From: Patescibacteria group bacterium
Lineage (GTDB): Bacteria > Patescibacteriota > Microgenomatia > UBA12405
Assembly: GCA_023380755.1 (NCBI GenBank)
Contig: JAMCSD010000006.1
Location: 120,385-184,384, forward strand
Length of the DNA stretch: 64,000 nucleotides
Direction: 5' to 3'
In this document: piece by piece, positions 55,521 through 64,000 of the stretch
Layout of the letters: the number at the start of each line of letters is the position of its first letter
Position numbering within the stretch: position 1 is the first letter of the stretch
Notes under the pieces: generated by a model
Seen by the model: only the letters and a program-made list of their open reading frames with translations
The model's database searches: none
What the model was told of the DNA's origin: nothing
Made by a program: the position numbers and the translations under genes

Positions 55521-55655
55521 TGTCTGTCCTTCTACAAATGTGCGTTTGTACTGATGAGACCAAAAGGTCGAAAAGGATACACAGTAGATATATAATAAGT
55601 TGTTCCTTAAAAGTCTTGTTGGAATGCATTGATATATACACACCCAAAGGAGTTC

Positions 55656-55940
55656 ATGACGATGGAACTAAAGAAAGGTACCGTCCTCTGGTGCCGCAAT
55701 GGTAACGGATCAGTCAAGGTTGATGGCCGGTGTACCGCTTTTAGCCTTACCAACTATCAAATTTTACGCGCTGAAAATGACCACCTTGTCTGGCAAGCTT
55801 CGCAACGACCACCGGTCGCACCCGACGCATATGAAACCATTTGTCTTGAGCAGGATGACGTAACCGGCAAGGTCCTCCATTGGACCTCGAAGTATGTCTA
55901 CGACATTGCGGTTGCGCCATTGCTATCACAAAATAAATAA
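55656..55940 (+). CDS. Hypothetical small protein (94 aa)
   Basis: AAAGGAG ribosome-binding site. No recognised motif. Confidence 0.4.
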   Translation: MTMELKKGTVLWCRNGNGSVKVDGRCTAFSLTNYQILRAENDHLVWQASQRPPVAPDAYETICLEQDDVTGKVLHWTSKYVYDIAVAPLLSQNK

Positions 55941-56071
55941 GTCGCCTACACTCGTTCTCCTCCCCAACAAGCCACGGCTAACAGACCTCAAATAAAATCA
56001 CTGGACCCCCAAGCGGATCCACAATCTTTTATTTTTGCTGTTAGCCGTGTTTAATCAATTTTAATTACTCA

Positions 56072-56107
56072 AAATCCCCCCGCTGCGGCGGGGGGATTTC
56101 TTTTTGG
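56072..56107. terminator. Bidirectional rho-independent terminator
   Basis: tccccccgctgcggcgggggga flanked by an A-run and a T-run, between convergent genes. Confidence 0.7.
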
Positions 56108-56120
56108 TTCCCATCTTTTA

Positions 56121-57716
<1,596 letters not shown>

Positions 57717-57749
57717 CTAACACGCCCCGGTTGACCGATGCAAATCCGT

Positions 57750-59201
57750 TTAGTCGTACCGTAATTTATAGACCCGAATATCAATAGATGCCGGAAATTC
57801 CATACTTTTTAATCGCTGATAATGGTGGTCCATGTAATCCACTATCTTTCCTTGGTAACCCTGATCATAAGACAATACCAAATAGATATTATCGTAAACT
57901 TTAGCGTAATCTTTAAGTTGGGAAACTAGCTCATTGGTCGTGAAAGGAGGAATCGGCCCTTGCACATAACGGTTCCAATGGGGAATAGTATCTATTCTGG
58001 CCAAACCTCCATAATAATATTCAATCGGGTAAACCGTGAAAGGTGCACTCACTGCGATAATATCGTGAGGGGTAGCATGGGTTACCAGGTATTTATCCAC
58101 CTCTCGATAACTCTCCTTTACTGGTGTCATGGCCGAGGTGTCTTGGAAGTTTAATGAGAGCAGCATCAAGGCAATTATCACTACCGACACGATGGAAATT
58201 ACCTGCCGTCCAAAATTAATTAGAATCCATGCCAGCAGCGTAAACAAAGACGGGGTCACAAAGATCAGATAACGGGGTAAAAATATTGGTTTAAAAAAAG
58301 AAAATAAATAAATTAACAACACGGGCAGAATGCTGATCACCACAAAATAATCCGTCCGCTGAAGTTTCACTGTTACCTGTCGCGTGAAAATAAAAAAGAT
58401 AATCATTAAGAATAATGGCCATAAAGAAATCACTATCGATTGGATTAACTGATTTTGAAAACCGATAAAGAAATTGAAATATATTTGCAGCAAGTTAAAA
58501 GAATTCGGCTGTGGGATTATTGGTTGGGTGTTGGCCGCCAATCCCAAAGTGTACACATAATATGCCCATGGTAAAAACAGGTTTACCATACAAGCCCCCA
58601 GCAATATAAAGGTTATTGTTAATTGGCGGCTGCTCTCAAACTTTTTGATTAACAGGTATATTGCCTGGGACAGCAACATGAAGGCGAAAAAATAGTGACT
58701 ATATATTCCCAAGAGACCGGTAATAAAATAACCCCATCGCCCTTTTTCTCCTTTACTGTCCACTATCTGTAAAAAATAATAATGGTTGACTGTGGCCAAC
58801 AAAGTGAGGAGGGTATAGGTCCGTGCTTCTTGGCTATACCATAAGACAAAAGGGGAGAGGGCAAATAAAGCCGTTCCCAAAATTGCTGTTGCTCGGTTTG
58901 TTACTCGTTTAATCAGAAAATACAAAAACGGTAACGTCAGGATAAAAAATATCAACGAAAGCAATCGGGAAATAACTATATCCGTCCCCAAAATTTGCAT
59001 CCAGAAATGCAAAATAAGCGTATATAACGGCGTTTGAACGTCTTGTCCGTTAATCTTTAATAATGTTGGTACCGACTTCGTGGCCACCCAGATTGATTGA
59101 GCCTCATCAAGACGTATGGACTGGGAATAAAGATAAAATAAATTAATTAATAAAGAGGCAATGACTACGGCATAAATGATAAAAACTTCTAGTCTTTTCA
59201 T
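57750..59201 (-). CDS. GT-C fold membrane glycosyltransferase (ArnT/PMT_2-like)
   Basis: About 12 TM helices and an RLDEAQS motif in the first extracytoplasmic loop. Confidence 0.5.
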   Translation of the reverse strand: MKRLEVFIIYAVVIASLLINLFYLYSQSIRLDEAQSIWVATKSVPTLLKINGQDVQTPLYTLILHFWMQILGTDIVISRLLSLIFFILTLPFLYFLIKRVTNRATAILGTALFALSPFVLWYSQEARTYTLLTLLATVNHYYFLQIVDSKGEKGRWGYFITGLLGIYSHYFFAFMLLSQAIYLLIKKFESSRQLTITFILLGACMVNLFLPWAYYVYTLGLAANTQPIIPQPNSFNLLQIYFNFFIGFQNQLIQSIVISLWPLFLMIIFFIFTRQVTVKLQRTDYFVVISILPVLLIYLFSFFKPIFLPRYLIFVTPSLFTLLAWILINFGRQVISIVSVVIIALMLLSLNFQDTSAMTPVKESYREVDKYLVTHATPHDIIAVSAPFTVYPIEYYYGGLARIDTIPHWNRYVQGPIPPFTTNELVSQLKDYAKVYDNIYLVLSYDQGYQGKIVDYMDHHYQRLKSMEFPASIDIRVYKLRYD

Positions 59202-60715
59202 ACATTTGCTTGCGTCGCCACGGCCATCTTGTTGGCTTTATGAAATGGTAATAAATTTGCTGCTACCAGCACGTAAGGCATAAACATGGCGACATTAAAT
59301 AGTGCCCAAGCCATATTGGTGGCTACTGATGGATTAATCTCTTCCCGGTGGATGGCTAACACTGAGCCAGCCGCCACCAAAATAATATAAATAATATGGG
59401 GAAAACTTAGTTTCAGATAATTGCCACTTTGGGCTTGTTTTGGCGTGACTGAAAACGACACTGTCCTACGCATCAATACCGAAAAAATCGCCATCAGTTG
59501 TAAGTACCATGAGGAATAGGAAAAAGAAAAAGTTTTAAAACTAATATCCGCCCCCGCTGCCAGGTTAAGAGTATAAAGATTGATAAATATAAACGGTAAA
59601 AAATAAACTGCAAAACTGGTGGTTGATACCCCTACCGGCTGCACCGCAAAGAATAAATATAAAAGAGGCATCAGCAGGTCGATTAGGATCACAAAACCAT
59701 TAAAATAATACAGTGCTGAAGCCAGGTACTGCACCTTTTGACCTAATGTGAGCCCCTTTTTAAAAAATGGATTTTGATTAAATAACACCTCTAATGACCC
59801 CCGGGCCCAGCGAAATTGCTGTTTGTGATATGACAGTAAATCTTGGGGAGCTAACCCCTTAGCTAAAACTTCGGGAAGGTATCTCGAGCGCCAGCCGGCT
59901 TGGTGGATGTACAGTGAAGTTAAAAAATCTTCCGCAATATTTCTTTCTTCCATCCCCCCCACCTTTTCCAACGCTTTTCTTCTTATCACTACATTGGTGC
60001 CGCAGATAAACGAAGCATTACTTTTTTCCTTGCCTCGCATAATCGGTCCGAAAAACAATTTTTGTTGATCCCAAGCCGCGGCCGTCACTAAATTTTCTCC
60101 AGAGTTTACGTAAAATTGAGGTGTTTGCACAAAGCCCATCATCTGGTCTTTAAAAAAGGGAACTGTTCGTACTAGAAATTCCGGTTCCGGAACCATATCC
60201 GCGTCAAAAATGGCGACCAAATCACTTTTGGTCTCCCGGAGGGCATTATTAATATTGCCTGCTTTGGCCCCCCCAGCTACTTTCCGGGTGATGCAGTGAA
60301 TACCTAATTTTTTGGCCATCGCCTCAATCTGCTGCCAATTGTCTTTTTTGGCTACATAGCCGTCATTTAAGATATATATTTCCTTATTGCGGTAATCCAT
60401 CTCTTTGGCTGCTTGGGCTGTTTTTTCCACAACTTCAACCGGTTCTCCGGCTACTGTAATAAACACCGCGACACTCGGTTGGTAAATTTTATCGATGACT
60501 ATGACCGTAATTTTGTTGGCTGGCCAGACAGTAAACCAAAAAGTAAGAGCCATGATTACATGGTATATTTCCCCGATAAATAGGAGCGTGTATAACCACA
60601 GGTTACTGATGTGTGCCGGGGTCACCCACCAACTGAAATAAAAAATCGCTACCAAAACATCAACTAATATCAGTAGTCGGCTGACTCGATGGTAAGAAAT
60701 TGTTTCTAAATGCAT
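59198..60715 (-). CDS. Processive GT2 beta-glycan synthase (cellulose-synthase-like catalytic subunit)
   Basis: Motifs DAD and QTPQ, QxxRW (KQQFRWARG), with N- and C-terminal TM helices. The 4-nt overlap with the downstream GT-C gene indicates coupling. Confidence 0.7.
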   Translation of the reverse strand: MHLETISYHRVSRLLILVDVLVAIFYFSWWVTPAHISNLWLYTLLFIGEIYHVIMALTFWFTVWPANKITVIVIDKIYQPSVAVFITVAGEPVEVVEKTAQAAKEMDYRNKEIYILNDGYVAKKDNWQQIEAMAKKLGIHCITRKVAGGAKAGNINNALRETKSDLVAIFDADMVPEPEFLVRTVPFFKDQMMGFVQTPQFYVNSGENLVTAAAWDQQKLFFGPIMRGKEKSNASFICGTNVVIRRKALEKVGGMEERNIAEDFLTSLYIHQAGWRSRYLPEVLAKGLAPQDLLSYHKQQFRWARGSLEVLFNQNPFFKKGLTLGQKVQYLASALYYFNGFVILIDLLMPLLYLFFAVQPVGVSTTSFAVYFLPFIFINLYTLNLAAGADISFKTFSFSYSSWYLQLMAIFSVLMRRTVSFSVTPKQAQSGNYLKLSFPHIIYIILVAAGSVLAIHREEINPSVATNMAWALFNVAMFMPYVLVAANLLPFHKANKMAVATQANV

Positions 60716-60717
60716 AA

Positions 60718-61893
60718 TTAAAAAGTCACTAAATAATTAAGGTACAGGGCTGTCCCAAACCATAACCAATTTGTTTCGTAATACGGCAGATCATTACGGA
60801 ACGAGTTAGTGTCGTTAGAGTATAAATTAATAATTTTGGTGTTATAAATTACCTGCGCCTCATTCTGGTTTACTAGCCGAAAAAAATATAAAGCCGTGGC
60901 ATACATCACTGGATCTTCGTTGGGATTTAAAGAATTTCCCGCATGGTCAAAACCAGTTGGCAGCTTTTTATTCTGTTGATAAAATCCCTCTAAATACTTT
61001 AATGACTGAAGATAAGTTTGGGCTGAGGTATCTTTATTCCAGACATAATCGACTGCCACCCGCCACGGCACTCTCATCGCGTCAAAGGAATAGTTTGTCG
61101 TTAACCCCGGCGTATTGCTGGCAGTAATACTCCCATTCGGTTTACTTACGGCCACCCAATCTGGTGGCAACCCCACTGCCTTGTTTTTATCCAATGGAAT
61201 GTTCGACGAAACTGTTAATAATTCGTAAGCTGGGTTTATTAAACTGCTCCAGTCATTTTGAGTGTCAATCTTGGCAAAAATTCGCCAAGCATAAGGAGCT
61301 AAATACGAAGGATTAACAATATCTTTATCCGACCCTATCGCCCAATTTCCGGCTACTAAATACCTTTTTCCATTCACCACATCAGTCTCCGTTTTCCAAA
61401 TATCCGCCATCATTGGTTTGGCCTGGTCAGTATATGAAGAATTCCGCCACCGTTCTCCGGCCAAAACTAATGCCAGCGCCGTATCCGTGTCCGCATCCGC
61501 AGCACTATTATTACCGCCATTAGGTAAGAACCCATAACTGTTTTTATTTGGGTCCAATTTTCCCCACCGCCACCCGAGCAAATTATCCCCTGGGCGTTTC
61601 ATATTATCTTTTGTCCAGCTCCAAACTTTGTCAAAAGTAGCTTTATCGTCCATCCACACGGATTGCAACAAGGCGTAACTTTGACCTTCGGAAGTAGTGA
61701 TGTCGCCCTGGCTGTAGTCGATTACCCGGCCATCATTATTAATAAAGCGCGTCTTATAATTTTCCCACGATGAGGTCAGCAGGGTATAAGGAGAAAAAGT
61801 TCTCGTTTGTTGGCTAAATTTCCGCACATACAATACACTGACTAACAATCCCAAGCCAATAATAATGAAGATCAACCCTAAATACTTTTTCAT
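60718..61893 (-). CDS. Glycoside hydrolase family 8 endoglucanase (BcsZ-like), membrane-anchored
   Basis: The GH8 catalytic motif TSEGQSYAL is present, with an N-terminal anchor. Confidence 0.65.
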   Translation of the reverse strand: MKKYLGLIFIIIGLGLLVSVLYVRKFSQQTRTFSPYTLLTSSWENYKTRFINNDGRVIDYSQGDITTSEGQSYALLQSVWMDDKATFDKVWSWTKDNMKRPGDNLLGWRWGKLDPNKNSYGFLPNGGNNSAADADTDTALALVLAGERWRNSSYTDQAKPMMADIWKTETDVVNGKRYLVAGNWAIGSDKDIVNPSYLAPYAWRIFAKIDTQNDWSSLINPAYELLTVSSNIPLDKNKAVGLPPDWVAVSKPNGSITASNTPGLTTNYSFDAMRVPWRVAVDYVWNKDTSAQTYLQSLKYLEGFYQQNKKLPTGFDHAGNSLNPNEDPVMYATALYFFRLVNQNEAQVIYNTKIINLYSNDTNSFRNDLPYYETNWLWFGTALYLNYLVTF

Positions 61894-62687
61894 CGGTATA
61901 CCCTCAATAAAATTAAACCGGTAAGAATGAATAACATGGAGATAGTAATTAACACTGAATAACTATGCGATGACATTAATTGTGTGGGATAATAGGATCG
62001 CGGATTTTCTCGGAAAAGATAATTTAATGGCGGCTCAATAATTTTTAACGTTTGCGGAATCACATTGCTTACCGGCGGTAATGGGGCACTAGTCGGCCTT
62101 ATCACCGGCACCGGTGTATTCGTCGGTCCGGGTGTCGTGCTGGTGCTGGGAGTGGTTTGCGCTCCGGCGACACTTCCCGTGGGCGTCGGCATTGGTGTTT
62201 CAATAGTTGCCGCTGGAGTCCCGGTAATGGTTTTAGTAGGCTGTGCCGTTACGGCCGCCGTCGGTGTTAGTGCCGGAGTGCCGCTCACTGGCCCTGAAGT
62301 CACCGTTGGTTGGGGAGTGGTTCCGGCAGTTGGCACCGGACTACCCGGAGTCGGTGTATTGTTTATGGTTCCGCTGGGAATTGCCGACGGGTTGGGTGGT
62401 ACTGGTGTCGGTGGTGGTGGGTCAATACTTGGTGGTGGATCGAGAGTTATTGGGGGTGGATCTAAAGTGGGACTAGCAGCTATAGTGAGGCTGGGCAGGG
62501 GGCTCGCCACTGGGCTGGGATTAAGTAACAGCGATGGTGTATCGTTGACGGTGGGCGCAGCACTTTGAGAAACGATCGGGGTCACGTTGGCGTTGGTTGG
62601 CGGCACAGCCGTCGGAGAGGCTCCGGTTGCTTGCGCTAACAAATTCCTGCCAATTTGCTCGGCCAACAAAAGCATAAGCGGACCCAA
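61890..62687 (-). CDS. Pro/Thr-rich low-complexity protein with C-terminal TM anchor
   Basis: PPP/TPT-rich sequence, a C-terminal hydrophobic helix (VLITISMLFILTGLILL) and a 4-nt overlap with the GH8 gene. Confidence 0.4.
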   Translation of the reverse strand: MGPLMLLLAEQIGRNLLAQATGASPTAVPPTNANVTPIVSQSAAPTVNDTPSLLLNPSPVASPLPSLTIAASPTLDPPPITLDPPPSIDPPPPTPVPPNPSAIPSGTINNTPTPGSPVPTAGTTPQPTVTSGPVSGTPALTPTAAVTAQPTKTITGTPAATIETPMPTPTGSVAGAQTTPSTSTTPGPTNTPVPVIRPTSAPLPPVSNVIPQTLKIIEPPLNYLFRENPRSYYPTQLMSSHSYSVLITISMLFILTGLILLRVYR

Positions 62688-62748
62688 ATAGTAACATAAG
62701 GTATATTCAATATAACATAAACTATTACTATAGAACTAGGAGTAAATC

Positions 62749-63285
62749 TTACTCTCGCATCCAGGCGCGGTACTTTTCAAAAACATGCTGTAATTTCGGT
62801 GCAATAATCAAGCTGCAATATGGCTGGTTACGGTTGTTCTGATAGTAGTTTTGATGATATTTTTCCGCGGGAAAAAAGTTAGTCAAGGGCTCAACCTCGG
62901 TGACTATCGTCCGCCCAAAAGCTCCGGATTCGTTTAACACCCGCTTTGACCTTTCGGCTTTAATTCTTTGTTCGTCGTTACTATAAAAAATGATGGACCG
63001 ATACTGGCTGCCCACATCGTTTCCTTGTCGATTCAAACTGGTGGGATCATGTGATTCCCAAAACACGCTTAAGAGCTGGTCATAAGTAATAATTTTAGGA
63101 TTATAAGTTACTTCAATTACCTCTGCATGCCCGGTCATTCCTGATGATACTGACTCATATGACGGATTTGGTGTCGCTCCCCCGGCATACCCCGGTTCCA
63201 CTTTAATCACTCCTTTTAGCCGCTCAAAAACCGCCTCGGTACACCAAAAGCAGCCGCCGCCAAAATAGGCTTTATCATCGGTCAT
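62749..63285 (-). CDS. msrA: Peptide-methionine (S)-S-oxide reductase MsrA
   Basis: [18 protein letters not shown] matches the MsrA active-site region. Confidence 0.85.
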   Translation of the reverse strand: MTDDKAYFGGGCFWCTEAVFERLKGVIKVEPGYAGGATPNPSYESVSSGMTGHAEVIEVTYNPKIITYDQLLSVFWESHDPTSLNRQGNDVGSQYRSIIFYSNDEQRIKAERSKRVLNESGAFGRTIVTEVEPLTNFFPAEKYHQNYYQNNRNQPYCSLIIAPKLQHVFEKYRAWMRE

Positions 63286-63643
63286 CTTTGGGAATAAACT
63301 TTAACGATAATGAGTTCACGCAGTGTCGGGTATCTTTGGGAGTCAAATGCTCACCCTCAAAAACGTGTCCTAAATGAGCTCCGCATGCCCGGCAAATGAT
63401 TTCCGTCCTGACTCCATCCGCATCCCGAACCCTGGTGATTGCCCCTTCAATTTCTTGATCGAAACTGGGCCAGCCGCAGCGGGCTTCGAATTTGTCTTCT
63501 GAGCGGTAAAGTGGGGTTTCGCATCTCCGGCAAACATATACTCCCTTATCCCATTTATCAACATATACACCACTAAAAGGAGGTTCCGTATGCTTCTTGA
63601 CGATGACCGCTTCTTCTTCGGGTGTCAGTTTATTATGTTTCAT
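63275..63643 (-). CDS. msrB: Peptide-methionine (R)-S-oxide reductase MsrB
   Basis: Two CxxC zinc motifs, the CGWPSF motif and the catalytic [17 protein letters not shown] region. An 11-nt overlap with msrA. Confidence 0.85.
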   Translation of the reverse strand: MKHNKLTPEEEAVIVKKHTEPPFSGVYVDKWDKGVYVCRRCETPLYRSEDKFEARCGWPSFDQEIEGAITRVRDADGVRTEIICRACGAHLGHVFEGEHLTPKDTRHCVNSLSLKFIPKDDR

Positions 63644-63692
63644 ATATTATGCTATCAAAACTAGTATAAAAATAATAGGAGTTAAATGGTCT

Positions 63693-63722
63693 AAAAAAGC
63701 TGGTTGTTCGCCAGCTTTTTTA
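63693..63722. terminator. Bidirectional rho-independent terminator
   Basis: aaaaaagctgg-ttgttcg-ccagctttttt. Confidence 0.65.
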
Positions 63723-63738
63723 AATTCTGAAGAAATTG

Positions 63739-64000
63739 CTATTGGTTTAAATTCGGAGTTCCTGTCGGCCTTATTCGTTGTTCTGGATTAAGCTGGATTA
63801 ATTGCGCCGTCACGCTCCCGTCAGAGTTGTTTGTTCCGATGACCTGCACTGTTTGCCCCACGGTTAAATCCTGTTGGCTGGCCTTAGTGTTTTTGCCGAT
63901 GGTTGTGTTTCCGGCCAACAAGACTATTTTACTGCTCCCATCCGACATTTTTACGGTAATCGAGTTGTTGTCAGCCGAAATAATACTCCCTAAAACTGGC
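63739..64000 (-). CDS. Hypothetical protein, 3' end (the gene continues beyond the window end)
   Basis: The ORF is open to the window edge. Thr/Gln-rich. No motif. Confidence 0.3.
   Translation of the reverse strand, partial: PVLGSIISADNNSITVKMSDGSSKIVLLAGNTTIGKNTKASQQDLTVGQTVQVIGTNNSDGSVTAQLIQLNPEQRIRPTGTPNLNQ

Noticed and set aside
62065-62568. 167-aa Gly/Val-rich plus-strand ORF
   Set aside because: It is a mirror artefact of the Pro/Thr-rich minus-strand gene (CCN codons read as GGN antisense).

Overview
This 64 kb window is a compact bacterial chromosome segment of about 47% GC, almost entirely coding, with no rRNA, tRNA, CRISPR array, transposase or integrase recognisable. The gene content suggests a monoderm or CPR-like organism: type IV pilus genes without an outer-membrane secretin, a MacB-type ABC exporter without an adaptor, an ADP-forming acetyl-CoA synthetase, and many Pro/Thr-rich linkers.

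Main blocks, in order:
- 1-6012: an FtsX/MacB-like ABC permease and ATPase, followed by a 1498-aa secreted protein built from FN3/Ig-like repeats.
- 6056-10721: an exopolysaccharide locus resembling PNAG synthesis (GH18-like hydrolase, processive GT2 with a QxxRW motif, CE4 deacetylase, GT-C membrane glycosyltransferase).
- 10924-16485: scattered genes (beta-carbonic-anhydrase-like, beta-propeller, CBS, deazaflavin-type nitroreductase-like, unknowns, and a standalone C39-like peptidase).
- 16679-24308: a type IV pilus locus (PilB, PilC, three pseudopilin or minor-pilin genes, a 660-aa pilin fused to an LVIVD beta-propeller, a PilM-like protein with a LytR_C-like tail, and a major pilin with a GFTLIEL signal).
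- 24341-35389: envelope and housekeeping genes (UppP, Ogt, acyltransferase-3, a secreted glycoside hydrolase, ChaB and others).
- 35484-39071: ADP-forming acetyl-CoA synthetase, a trypsin-like protease, and a YciE-like ferritin-fold protein.
- 39190-41922: a flavinylation module (FMN-binding protein with an SGAT motif, ApbE, and a membrane-anchored FNR-like reductase).
- 41944-45501: GreA, PAP2 phosphatase, DgkA, an SRAP/YedK-like protein, a deoxyribosyltransferase-like protein.
- 45629-48590: a GC-elevated 3 kb island of about 55% GC with a DUF2807-type beta-helix protein, a protein carrying a cold-shock domain plus further OB-like segments, a small unknown gene, and an intercistronic hammerhead-ribozyme-like RNA motif.
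- 48784-52369: a phosphodiester-glycosidase-like protein, then a Y-family DNA polymerase cassette with a coupled small ORF and two tandem paralogous unknown genes.
- 52724-55940: a Cys-rich membrane protein and lipoprotein pair.
- 56121-62687: a cellulose-like polysaccharide locus (GH5 cellulase, GT-C, processive GT2 synthase, GH8 endoglucanase, and a Pro-rich tail-anchored protein).
- 62749-63643: an overlapping MsrB-MsrA pair.

Several rho-independent terminators and candidate promoters are visible. The most unusual signals are the hammerhead-like motif inside the GC-rich island, the flavinylation module, the polymerase cassette with unknown tandem paralogs, and the modular pilin.
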